24,000 nucleotides of DNA, taken from contig JAVZCO010000001.1 of NCBI GenBank assembly GCA_038874355.1, positions 84,913-108,912 of the forward strand. Reading direction: 5' to 3'. Positions within the stretch are counted from its first letter, which is position 1. Each line of letters begins with the position of its first letter. The stretch is from Candidatus Pacearchaeota archaeon (GTDB lineage: Archaea; Nanobdellota; Nanobdellia; Pacearchaeales; GW2011-AR1). Of this stretch, positions 9,228 through 17,904 are shown piece after piece. Position numbers and translations under genes: made by a program. Under the pieces are notes generated by a model. It made no database searches, was not told the origin of the DNA, and saw only the letters and a program-made list of their open reading frames with translations.

Positions 9228-9862
9228 TTTTTCTTTTTAAAAGATTTTTTTATAATCTTTTTCTTATTTTTTAATCTATCTTTTCTCTTTTTTTCTTTTA
9301 ATATAGCCTCTCTTCTTTTTTTATTTTTTTCCTCTTTTAAAGACAAATCTTTTATTTCTTCCTCTACATTTTTTATTTGTTTTTCTTTCTTTTCTATAAG
9401 AGACTTTAATTCATTTATCAAAAAAGAATTATCTTTTAATTCATAAATGTTTCCACATTCTGGACAGGTAAAATTATTAAATAAAGCATTTTCTTCTGAT
9501 ATATCTATTACGCAAGTTTTACAGAAATAAAATCTTTTTGTTTCTCTACTCTTTAGTTTATTTATTAATTCATTTTTTTCTTTTTCTAATTCTTTCTTTA
9601 AAAATTCTAAACATCTTTTTTTATCTAATGTCCAATAATATGTATACCATCCTTTCTTATTATCTTTTTTCCTTGTAAAAGATACTATTCTATGATTAGA
9701 AAGATTATATAGTATATTTCTAACTTGATTTATTGTAAGATTTAATTTTTTTGTTATTAAAAATTCATTAACATTTTTTTTATTTTCTAAAATTTTAAGT
9801 ATATTTACAGCTTGTTTACCAATAACTCTTTCTATAGCATTTTCTAATAATTTTTGTTGCAT
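9224..9862 (-). CDS. tfe: Transcription initiation factor E, alpha subunit
   Basis: 212 aa; winged-helix N-terminus with Zn ribbon FYFCKTCVIDISEENALFNNFTCPECG; 4-nt overlap with the downstream rhomboid gene. Confidence 0.88.
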   Translation of the reverse strand: MQQKLLENAIERVIGKQAVNILKILENKKNVNEFLITKKLNLTINQVRNILYNLSNHRIVSFTRKKDNKKGWYTYYWTLDKKRCLEFLKKELEKEKNELINKLKSRETKRFYFCKTCVIDISEENALFNNFTCPECGNIYELKDNSFLINELKSLIEKKEKQIKNVEEEIKDLSLKEEKNKKRREAILKEKKRKDRLKNKKKIIKKSFKKKK

Positions 9863-9975
9863 CTTCTATTTTAATAATTTTTATTTTCTATAGTTCTTAT
9901 TTTAATAGGCTATTAAAGATTATATATCTTTTGTTTTTAAAAGATAGTAACTACTTTATAGTTTATGCAAAAATA

Positions 9976-9983
9976 TTTATATA
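9976..9983 (+). promoter_or_regulatory. TATA box TTTATATA for the gene starting at 10003
   Basis: Centre is 23.5 nt upstream of the ATG at 10003, which fits leaderless archaeal spacing. Confidence 0.5.
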
Positions 9984-10002
9984 TAGAAAGAGAATTTTTT
10001 TT

Positions 10003-10674
10003 ATGGCTTTATTTAAAAGGAAAAGAGAAGAAAAAAATATAGAACTTCCAGAATTACCTAATTTACCAGAATTTCCGCCAATTTCTTCGATAAGTCAAAA
10101 TAAAGACTTAAATTTTTATGAAAAAGATTTTGAAAAAAGAGATAGAGATTTAGAATTGTCCCCGCTTCCTTCTTTTAAGGAAAATGATAAATTAAAAGAA
10201 GAAGTAACAAAAACTATAATTAAAGAGGATATAAATGATACAAATAAAAAATTTATAAAAGAGGATATAGAAGAAGAAAATCTAGAAAAATCTTTTTATA
10301 ACTATGATAAAGAAGAAAAAGAAGAATTAGAGGTAATAAAACCGCAAATAAAAGCTCCTTTGATAAAAGAAATTGACAAAAAATTTGAAAAAGATTTTGA
10401 AAAAGAAGATTTAAAAGAAATTAAAATAAATAACAAAACATCGAATGAAAAAAAAGGTCCTTTATTTATTAGAATTGATAAATATAAAAATGCTATAGAA
10501 AAAATACAAGATGTAAAACAGCAATTAATGGAAATAGAAAAAATGTTAAGAGATATAAAAGAATTGAAAGAAAAAGAAGAATTTGAAATAATTGAGTGGG
10601 AAAAAGAAATACAATCTGCAAAATCAAAAATAGATAGTATTGACAAACTTCTTTTTTCAGAATTAGAAGAATAG
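10003..10674 (+). CDS. Hypothetical charged/coiled-coil protein of DPANN type
   Basis: The track ORF begins at 9931, but a TATA box precedes the internal ATG at 10003 (MALFKRKREEKNIELPELPNLPEFP). Has the C-terminal KGPLFIRIDKYKNAIEKI... helical domain. Confidence 0.7.
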   Translation: MALFKRKREEKNIELPELPNLPEFPPISSISQNKDLNFYEKDFEKRDRDLELSPLPSFKENDKLKEEVTKTIIKEDINDTNKKFIKEDIEEENLEKSFYNYDKEEKEELEVIKPQIKAPLIKEIDKKFEKDFEKEDLKEIKINNKTSNEKKGPLFIRIDKYKNAIEKIQDVKQQLMEIEKMLRDIKELKEKEEFEIIEWEKEIQSAKSKIDSIDKLLFSELEE

Positions 10675-10688
10675 TGCTTTAAATAAAA

Positions 10689-11048
10689 ATGGAAAAAAAA
10701 ATATATCTAAAAAAAGATTTTTATGAAGTAATTAAATCGAAAAAGGATTTATTAGGTATAGAATTAAGTTTAATTAAAATTTTACAAATTATAAAAAGGT
10801 ATTCTTTCTTAAGAAAAAAAGAAATTTTATTAAAGATACAAATTAAAGAAAAATTAAAAAATATACATTCTGAAATAAATTACATTTTTTTAAATTATTT
10901 ACCAAAAATAGAAGAAAAAAGTGAAGATATTAAAAAAAATAAAAAAACTTTATTATTAAAAGATAAAAAAGAAATAAAAAATAAGGATGTTTTAGAATTA
11001 GAGTTGAGAGAAATACAAAGAAAATTAAAAGAATTAGAAAATTTTTAA
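10689..11048 (+). CDS. Hypothetical highly charged helical protein
   Basis: 119 aa, 14 nt downstream of the previous gene, so likely co-transcribed; Lys/Glu-rich coiled coil. Confidence 0.6.
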   Translation: MEKKIYLKKDFYEVIKSKKDLLGIELSLIKILQIIKRYSFLRKKEILLKIQIKEKLKNIHSEINYIFLNYLPKIEEKSEDIKKNKKTLLLKDKKEIKNKDVLELELREIQRKLKELENF

Positions 11049-11143
11049 AATAATGAAGTAAAAAGAATCTTTAATATCTTTTTAAAAATAAATAAAGAAA
11101 AATTTTTAAGTAAGAGTAATCTAGAAAATTAATAAATATGAGA

Positions 11144-11542
11144 TTATTCTTTTTTATGATAATTCACAATTTTTTTTATTTTTAATGCTATTTCTTTAGA
11201 TTTTAAAAAAACATCTTCTGAAGAAAAGCCATATATTTTCCATCCAAATGATTTTATTGTAGAATATTTCTTTTTAAGAGTATTATTCTTTTCCTTTATA
11301 CTTTCTCCTATTATCTCAATTACAATTTTTTCTTTTGGAAAAGCAAAATCAACTTGATAATTTCCAATAGAATACATAATCTTAGGAAAGATTCCTATAT
11401 TATTCAATTCTTTAAGTAACTCCTTTTTCGCCTTTATATTTATATCTTCAACTTCTTTAATTTCCTCTTTTGGTATTTCAAAATATTCTTCCTTTTTTTT
11501 AAATTTATTCTTAAAAAATTTTATTAAACCCATATTTATCAA
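11144..11542 (-). CDS. DUF559/Vsr-like PD-(D/E)XK endonuclease-fold candidate
   Basis: 132 aa; YQVDFAFPKEKIVIEIIGE...LKKKYSTIKSFGWKIYGFSSEDVF resembles the core strand order of DUF559 proteins. Confidence 0.5.
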   Translation of the reverse strand: MINMGLIKFFKNKFKKKEEYFEIPKEEIKEVEDINIKAKKELLKELNNIGIFPKIMYSIGNYQVDFAFPKEKIVIEIIGESIKEKNNTLKKKYSTIKSFGWKIYGFSSEDVFLKSKEIALKIKKIVNYHKKE

Positions 11543-11601
11543 AAGATTTTACTCTTTTTAAACTTTTGTTATATCTTTACATTTTTAAATAAACAGTAAA
11601 A

Positions 11602-11609
11602 TTTATATA
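11602..11609 (+). promoter_or_regulatory. TATA box TTTATATA for the gene at 11632
   Basis: Centre is 26.5 nt upstream of the start codon. Confidence 0.5.
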
Positions 11610-11631
11610 GAACGAATGTTTATTAAAAGGA

Positions 11632-11889
11632 ATGGAAAAAGACATGAAAGAAATAGGTAAAGTTACTCATTTCTTTGACAAAATAAGTGTTGCTGTTGTT
11701 GAACTTACAGATTCCTTGGAAGTAGGAGATAAAATAAAGATAAAAGGAACTACAACTGATTTTGAACAAGAAGTAAAGGAAATGCAAATTGAACATCAAA
11801 AAATTGAAAAAGCAAAGGCAGGTGACTTAATTGGATTGAAGGTTGAAGAAAAAGTAAGAGTTAATGATAAAGTTTATCTTTTAGGATGA
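11632..11889 (+). CDS. Translation elongation factor-like protein (EF-Tu domain 2-like beta barrel)
   Basis: 85 aa; GKVTHFFDKISVAVVELTDSLEVGDKIKIKG...AKAGDLIGLKVEEKVRVNDKVY. Confidence 0.75.
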   Translation: MEKDMKEIGKVTHFFDKISVAVVELTDSLEVGDKIKIKGTTTDFEQEVKEMQIEHQKIEKAKAGDLIGLKVEEKVRVNDKVYLLG

Positions 11890-11979
11890 GTATTTTATAA
11901 TAAAATCTATGTAAGGGAAATAAAGGATGTATAAATAGAAGAAAAAGTTAAAAATAATCTTATAAAAATTTATAAAAGA

Positions 11980-12219
11980 TTATTTTGCTTCTTGAATTAA
12001 TTTAATTCCTGTTATTAAAGCCCAAATCCACATAGATATAATTAAAGGAATTCCTATTAGAATAAAACTTAAAGGAATTCCTATCAAAAATAAAATTAAT
12101 TGTATAATTCCTTCATCTGTTTTTCCTCCGATTAAACTTCCTAGACCTGGAAGAATTAAAATATTAATTAACAAAGATACAATTGCAATATCTCTACTTA
12201 TTTTTTCTTTTTTAGCCAT
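11980..12219 (-). CDS. Small TM2-like membrane protein
   Basis: 79 aa with two hydrophobic helices: LPGLGSLIGGKTDEGIIQLILFLIGIPLSF. Confidence 0.6.
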   Translation of the reverse strand: MAKKEKISRDIAIVSLLINILILPGLGSLIGGKTDEGIIQLILFLIGIPLSFILIGIPLIISMWIWALITGIKLIQEAK

Positions 12220-12263
12220 CTATACTAAGTATTTAATTTGATTTATAAATTTTCTTTTTTAGA

Positions 12264-13964
12264 TCATTCTAAAATTGCTTTTATCCTTCTAATTCCAGAA
12301 GCAACTGCTTCTTCTTTTACTATTTTAAATTTACCTAATTCTTTTGTATTTTTTACATGTGGGCCAGAGCATATTTCTTTAGAAAAATCTCCTATAAAAT
12401 AAACAGAAACTTTATCTTTGTATTTATTTTCAAATACTCCTTCTGCTCCAATAGACTTTGCCTCTTCTAAAGACATTTCTTTTTTTACCACTTCTAATTT
12501 TTCTTTTATTTTTTGATTCACAAGATCTTCAATTTTTTTTAATTCCTCATTTGTTAATTTTCTCTGAAAATTAAAATCAAATCTTAACCTTTCTGCTGTA
12601 ATATTACTTCCTTTTTGATGTATGTTATTATCTTTTAATATTATCTTCAATGCCCGATTAAGCAAATGAGTTGCTGTGTGTAATTTAGTTACTTGTTCAC
12701 TATTATCTGCTAACCCAGATTTAAAAACCCCGGCAGATGCTGTTCTGCTCAACTCTTGGTGTTTTTTAAGTTCTTTTTTGAAACCGTCTACATCTAATTT
12801 AATTTTTTTCTCTTTTGCTAATTCTTCTATCATCTCTAGAGGAAAACCATAACTTTGGTATAATAAAAAAGCATCTTTCCCTTCTAAAATTCTTTTATTT
12901 TTTATTATTTTTTCAAATAATTTTTCTCCTAAACTTAAAGTTTTTAAGAATTTCTTTTCTTCTTCTTCTAAAACTTTTATTATATGTTCTTTTTTTTCTT
13001 TTAAGTTTTTGTAATCATCATAAATATCAAAAACGCTTAAAGCAATTTCTTTTATAGAAAAATTTATTTCTAATTTTTTTAAATATCTTATTGCTCTTCT
13101 TATTAGTCTTCTTAATACATATCCTCTTTCTATATTACTCGGAATAACACCATCTGAAATTATAAAAACACTAGCTTTAATATGATCTGCTATAATTCTC
13201 ATCTCTCGTTTATTTTTTTCATAAGATTTTTTAGTTATTTCTTCTATTTTTTTTATTATTGGAAGAAAACAATCTGTAAGAAACATATCTTTATTGTTGA
13301 GTATAGCTAAAGTTCTTTCAACACCCATACCAGTATCAACATTTTTCTGTTTTAATTCACTATAACTTCCATCAGGATTTTTATTATATTGCATAAAAAC
13401 ATCATTCCATATTTCATATCCATTCACAAACATTTCTGTATCAGGACCACACGGCCCTGTATTTCCAGCAGGACCCCACCAATTATGATTTCTATCTAAA
13501 AATTTTATTTTATTTATTCCTAAACTTTTCCATATTTCACTAGATTCTATATCTTTTTCTGCAACTTCATCTCCAGCAAAACAACTTACTTCAATTCTCT
13601 CTATAGGAATTTTTAATATTTTAGTTAAAAATTCAAAGCTCATTTCTATTGCTTCTTTTTTGAAATAATCTCCCAAACTCCAATTTCCCAACATTTCAAA
13701 AAAAGTTAAATGAAAATCATCTCCAACTTCTTCTATATCGTTAGTTCTAATACATCTTTGTACATTGACTAATCTTTTTCCTTGTGGGTGTTTTTCTCCT
13801 AATAAAAATGGTACAAGAGGATGCATTCCAGCTGTAGTAAATAAAACAGTTGGATCATTTTCTGGCACAAGAGAAGCATTTGGAATCTCTTTATGTCCTC
13901 TAGATTTAAAAAAATCTATATATGCTTTAATTAATTTTTTTCTTGTCCATTCCTCTTTTTCCAT
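12264..13964 (-). CDS. alaS: Alanyl-tRNA synthetase, bacterial-like, lacking the C-Ala/DHHA1 domain
   Basis: 566 aa; FFKSRGHKEIPNASLVPENDPTVLFTTAGM, editing motifs HTATHLL and CSGPHVKNT; stops at ASGIRRIKAILE right after the editing domain. Confidence 0.94.
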   Translation of the reverse strand: MEKEEWTRKKLIKAYIDFFKSRGHKEIPNASLVPENDPTVLFTTAGMHPLVPFLLGEKHPQGKRLVNVQRCIRTNDIEEVGDDFHLTFFEMLGNWSLGDYFKKEAIEMSFEFLTKILKIPIERIEVSCFAGDEVAEKDIESSEIWKSLGINKIKFLDRNHNWWGPAGNTGPCGPDTEMFVNGYEIWNDVFMQYNKNPDGSYSELKQKNVDTGMGVERTLAILNNKDMFLTDCFLPIIKKIEEITKKSYEKNKREMRIIADHIKASVFIISDGVIPSNIERGYVLRRLIRRAIRYLKKLEINFSIKEIALSVFDIYDDYKNLKEKKEHIIKVLEEEEKKFLKTLSLGEKLFEKIIKNKRILEGKDAFLLYQSYGFPLEMIEELAKEKKIKLDVDGFKKELKKHQELSRTASAGVFKSGLADNSEQVTKLHTATHLLNRALKIILKDNNIHQKGSNITAERLRFDFNFQRKLTNEELKKIEDLVNQKIKEKLEVVKKEMSLEEAKSIGAEGVFENKYKDKVSVYFIGDFSKEICSGPHVKNTKELGKFKIVKEEAVASGIRRIKAILE

Positions 13965-13966
13965 TT

Positions 13967-16462
13967 TTATTCTATATATATAGATGGTTTGTTTGGTTTA
14001 GCTTTTTGAGATTTATTTTGAGGATCATATTTATTTTTATCATTCACTGAAAAGATTTGAATATTTAAATTTAGTTCTTTTTCTAATTTTTTCTTTTCTC
14101 TATTGTATAATTCAATTTCATTTGGTATTACATAAAGAAAAACTTTTTTGGCTTCTTTATTATTTTTTTCTTTTAATATTTTCATTATATTTTTAATATC
14201 CTCTACAGTTTTATCTATTATTTTTTCTTCTTCCTCAAATTTTTCATTAATTTTACTTTCATCTGCTACAGGCCATTTTTCTAAACTTATAAAATTTTTA
14301 TTTCCTAACTTATTCCATAATTCTTCGGTTATGTGAGGACAAAATGGGGATAATAATTTAAGAAAAATTTCTATATCTTCTTTAGATATTTTTTCTTCTG
14401 ATTCTATATAATCAAAAAGTTTTTTTAATTTTATTATAGCTAAATTATATCTCAAATTTTCTATATCATCTGTTACTTCTTTTATAGTTTTATTTAATTT
14501 AGATTCTAATTTAGCACTTGATTTTCCAAAGTTATTATTTATTTTTTTAAAATATTTAAAAAGTCTATTAATAAATCTAAAACTTCCTTCTATTCCGCTA
14601 GAACTCCAAACGAGATCTTTATCCAAAGATGCTTGCGACATTAAAAATAATCTTGCTGTATCAATTCCATATTTTTTACTTATTTCTTCTGGCAATACAA
14701 CATTGCCTCTTGATTTACTCATAACATAGCCATCATTACCATGTAACATTCCTTGGTTAAATAAATGTATTGCTGGTTCATCTATTTTTATTAATCCTAA
14801 ATCTCTTAAGAATTTTGTATAAAATCTAAAATAGATTAAATGCATACAAGCGTGTTCAGCACCTCCTATATATAAATCAATAGGAACCCAATAGTTTGCT
14901 TTTTCTTTATCAAAGATTTCTTTATTATTTTTTGGATCAGTATATCTTAAGAAATACCAACTACTATTCACAAAAGTATCCATTGTGTCTGTTTCTCTTT
15001 TTGCTTTTCCTTTACATTTAGGACATTTTGTATTTATCCATTTTTTTGCTGTGTTTAATGGATTTCCTTCTCCGAATTTAACATTTTTTGGTAATTTTAC
15101 TGGCAAATCTTCTTCAGGGACAGGAACAATTCCACATTTATCACAATAAATTATTGGTATAGGTGTTCCCCAATATCTTTGTCTTGAAATAAGCCAATCT
15201 CTTAGTTTGTAGTTTATTGTTGCTTTACCTAAATTATTTTTTTCTAAAAATTCTGTTATTTTTTTTCTTGCTTCTCTACTATCTAAACCATTAAAAATAT
15301 CTGAATTAACAACTATTCCTTCCTCTGTATATGCTTCTGTCATTTCTTTTTCTGATAATTTCTTATTATATGGCTGTATTACAATTTTTATAGGAATACT
15401 ATATTTCTTTGCAAATTCAAAATCTCTTTGATCATGAGCAGGAACTGCCATGACTATTCCAGAAGCATAGTCTGCAATAACAAAATTTCCAGCATAAACT
15501 GGAATTTTTTCTTTTGTTAATGGATGAATAGCATAACTTCCTGTAAAAACACCTTCTTTTTCTAGTTCTTTTAATTCTTTTTCAGATGTTGATCTTAATT
15601 TTTTTAAGAATTTATTTACTTCTTCTTTTTGCTCATTAGTTACTAATTCCATTAATCTTGGATGTTGAGCAGATATTACTAAAAAAGTAACACCATATAA
15701 TGTATCTGGTCTTGTTGTAAAAATTTTCCAATCTTCATTATTTATTTTAAAAATTATTTCAGTTCCATAACTTTTTCCTATCCAATTTTTTTGCATTATT
15801 TTTATTCTTTCTGGCCATTTTTCTAATTTGTCTATGTCTTCGTAAAGTTCATCTGCATATGCTGTTATTTTAAAAAACCATTGTTCTAAATTTCTAATTT
15901 CAATTTCTGTGTCTGTATGACGCCAACACTTTCCGTCATGTACTTGTTCATTAGCTAAAACTGTATTACATTTTTTACAAAAATTTACAGGAGCTTTTTT
16001 TCTATAAACTAATCCTTTTTCAAACATTTTTAAGAATATCCATTGATCCCATTTATAATAATCAGAATCATGTGTTTTAATAACTCTAGACCAATCATAA
16101 CTTAAGCCTAATGATTTTTGTTGTTTAATGAAATTTTTTATTGCTTTTTCTGTATATAACTTAGGGTGTATTCCTTCTTTTATTGCTGCATTTTCAGCAG
16201 GCAATCCTAAAGAATCATAACCCATAGGGTATAATACATTATAACCTAACATTCTCTTAAACCTTGCATAAATGTCACCTATGATGTAATTAAAGGCATG
16301 GCCCATATGTAAACCAGAACCAGACGGATAAGGAAACATCTCTAGAACATAAAATTTTTTTTTCTTATTATCTTCTTTAACTTGAAAAATTTTCTTTTCT
16401 TCCCATTTTTTCTGCCATTTTTTTTCTATAGCAGAAAAATTAATCTCTTTTATTTTTTTCAT
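13967..16462 (-). CDS. leuS: Leucyl-tRNA synthetase, bacterial type
   Basis: YPSGSGLHMGHAFNYIIGDI (HIGH), VMSKSRGNV (KMSKS), CWRHTDTEIEIRNLEQWFFKIT. The track start at 16570 adds 36 non-conserved residues; the likely Met is at 16462. Confidence 0.95.
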   Translation of the reverse strand: MKKIKEINFSAIEKKWQKKWEEKKIFQVKEDNKKKKFYVLEMFPYPSGSGLHMGHAFNYIIGDIYARFKRMLGYNVLYPMGYDSLGLPAENAAIKEGIHPKLYTEKAIKNFIKQQKSLGLSYDWSRVIKTHDSDYYKWDQWIFLKMFEKGLVYRKKAPVNFCKKCNTVLANEQVHDGKCWRHTDTEIEIRNLEQWFFKITAYADELYEDIDKLEKWPERIKIMQKNWIGKSYGTEIIFKINNEDWKIFTTRPDTLYGVTFLVISAQHPRLMELVTNEQKEEVNKFLKKLRSTSEKELKELEKEGVFTGSYAIHPLTKEKIPVYAGNFVIADYASGIVMAVPAHDQRDFEFAKKYSIPIKIVIQPYNKKLSEKEMTEAYTEEGIVVNSDIFNGLDSREARKKITEFLEKNNLGKATINYKLRDWLISRQRYWGTPIPIIYCDKCGIVPVPEEDLPVKLPKNVKFGEGNPLNTAKKWINTKCPKCKGKAKRETDTMDTFVNSSWYFLRYTDPKNNKEIFDKEKANYWVPIDLYIGGAEHACMHLIYFRFYTKFLRDLGLIKIDEPAIHLFNQGMLHGNDGYVMSKSRGNVVLPEEISKKYGIDTARLFLMSQASLDKDLVWSSSGIEGSFRFINRLFKYFKKINNNFGKSSAKLESKLNKTIKEVTDDIENLRYNLAIIKLKKLFDYIESEEKISKEDIEIFLKLLSPFCPHITEELWNKLGNKNFISLEKWPVADESKINEKFEEEEKIIDKTVEDIKNIMKILKEKNNKEAKKVFLYVIPNEIELYNREKKKLEKELNLNIQIFSVNDKNKYDPQNKSQKAKPNKPSIYIE

Positions 16463-16571
16463 AAATAAATTTATTTTAACAGCATATTTAAAACTTTTGA
16501 AGAAGTTGTTTTCTAAATTGCATATAAATCCTATTAAACTCTTTGAAAGAAATGAAAGCCAGCAAAACATG

Positions 16572-16590
16572 AAAAAATCCTAAGGATTTT
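16572..16590 (-). terminator. Hairpin plus T-run, candidate terminator for the amidohydrolase transcript
   Basis: Minus strand: AAAATCC-TTA-GGATTTT followed by a T-run (7-bp stem, 3-nt loop). Confidence 0.4.
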
Positions 16591-16631
16591 GAGTTTAGAA
16601 TCAGTGGTGGCTGAATAGATTCTTAATATTT

Positions 16632-17434
16632 TCAAGGGCGCTTTCTTAAATTTAGTCTAAATAATTTATTTGCATTTTTCCAAAAAACCCTTTCCCTATT
16701 TTCATTTGAAATTTTTAAAGAATTAATCAATTTAATATGTTCTTTAATATCACACATTGCATAATCCGTACCAAATAAAACACTTTCAGGATTGTCTTTA
16801 ATTGATTGCTCTAAAACTTTTTTTATTTTATCTAAACCTGTTTCTTTTATAACTTCCTCATCTGCAAGAGCAGAAGTATCAAAATAGATGTTTTTGAAAC
16901 CTCTTGTTATTCTATAACAATATTCTACTTCTGGCCAATAATAATGAGATATTATAATTCGTAATTTAGGAAATTTCTTTACAATTTTTATAATATGTTT
17001 TGGATTGTTGTATTTTGCAACTTCTGGATGATTTGAATTCCATCCAGTGTGGATAACTACAGGGCAGTTATGTTTTACACAAAGTCTGTAAATCGGCATT
17101 AATCTTTTATCCGTTGGATAAATTGGATCATGTCCTGGAAAAATCTTTATTCCTTTGATTTTTTTTCTTGAAGTAACGAACCCAATTTAGTTATCCATTC
17201 TTTTTCCTCTGTTCTAATATCTATGGTCCCTAATAAAAAAAGTTTTTTCTCATTTTTTATTAATTCTAAACAAACATCCAAATCCCCAATCCTTGAATCA
17301 TGAAGATTATCTGGAATTAGAATTGCATAATCAATTTTATTTTTCTTCAAATCAGAAAGAAGTTTTTTCTTAGATTGCTCAAAGGTAGAATTTTTTTTAA
17401 CAACGGGAAGATGGAGATGTGCATCAATTATCAT
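16632..17434 (-). pseudogene. TIM-barrel metal-dependent amidohydrolase split by a -1 nt change in an A8 run (or using slippage)
   Basis: N-terminal part 17434-17147 (MIIDAHLHLP...) and C-terminal part 17099-16632 (VVIHTGWNS...VLFGTDYA...). One extra A at 17159-17166 gives continuous LLQEKKIKGIKIFPGHDPIYPTDKRLMPIYRLC. Confidence 0.75.
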
Positions 17435-17456
17435 AACTTATACTGGGGAAAAGTTT

Positions 17457-17464
17457 TTTATAAA
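17457..17464. promoter_or_regulatory. Palindromic TATA-like box TTTATAAA
   Basis: Centred 26.5 nt from the amidohydrolase ATG (17434, -) and about 27 nt before the onset of the GC-rich island on the + strand. Confidence 0.5.
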
Positions 17465-17487
17465 TTTATTGAAAATATCTCTGTATT

Positions 17488-17605
17488 TTGGAGTATGTGG
17501 TTGCGGAGGCAGCCGAATTCTGAATTACGCCTAACATATGCGGATAAACGAAGTTGCCGAAGCGAAGCTATGAGGAAAGTAAAAATGGGTTGCGATGAAA
17601 AATTT
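17488..17605 (+). ncRNA. Candidate structured ncRNA or foreign GC-rich element; class and strand unresolved
   Basis: GC-rich block (TGTGGTTGCGGAGGCAGCCG...GTTGCCGAAGCGAAGC...) in a very AT-rich genome, preceded by a TATA-like box and followed by a weak T-run at ~17620. Confidence 0.3.
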
Positions 17606-17668
17606 TAGTAGATTTCTTGTTTTTGTTATAAGACGGGGCGGCACATTATTTTAAACTCTCTTTAATTT

Positions 17669-17737
17669 TTCTCTTGTTTCTTTTTCTGACAAATTCATAA
17701 TATCATAAGACAAACTTAACTTTTAATTCTTTCTTTT
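17669..17737 (-). repeat. Inverted diverged copy of the hsdR translation-start region
   Basis: Ungapped match to 18271-18339 (+), 55/69 nt by hand count, including a perfect 18-nt GAAAAAGAAACAAGAGAA and codon-aligned TAA...ATG; the ORF MNLSEKETREKLKRV then stops. Confidence 0.6.
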
Positions 17738-17904
17738 TTGTATGCTTTTATAGATTCTCAATTAATTTATATATTAAATTATTAAATAAGTTAAGTATTT
17801 TAAATTTTCTTAAAAGAAAAATTTATAAAAAGTATTAATATTTAATCTAGGATAAAAGATAAAGGAATAGAAACTATATTTAAATTAATTAAGGAATAGG
17901 AAAA

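Noticed and set aside
10302-10646. 114-aa minus-strand ORF
   Set aside because: Phe/Ser/Ile-rich antisense of a Lys/Glu-rich coding region.
12815-13057. 80-aa + ORF in alaS, and similar ORFs at 13765-13983 and 14148-14336
   Set aside because: Antisense shadows within alaS/leuS with no independent support.
17528-17600. Integron attC-like site (GCCTAAC looks like an RYYYAAC box)
   Set aside because: No properly spaced GTTRRRY partner was found and no integrase is present in the window.
17488-17605. RNase P RNA fragment suggested by GAGGAAAGT
   Set aside because: No recognisable P4/CR-V partner downstream and the block is too short.
17375-17608. 77-aa + strand ORF across the GC-rich island
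   Set aside because: It overlaps the amidohydrolase start and promoter antisense, has an unlikely composition (RRQPNSELRLTYADKRSCRSE) and no recognisable domain; the island is better treated as non-coding until shown otherwise.
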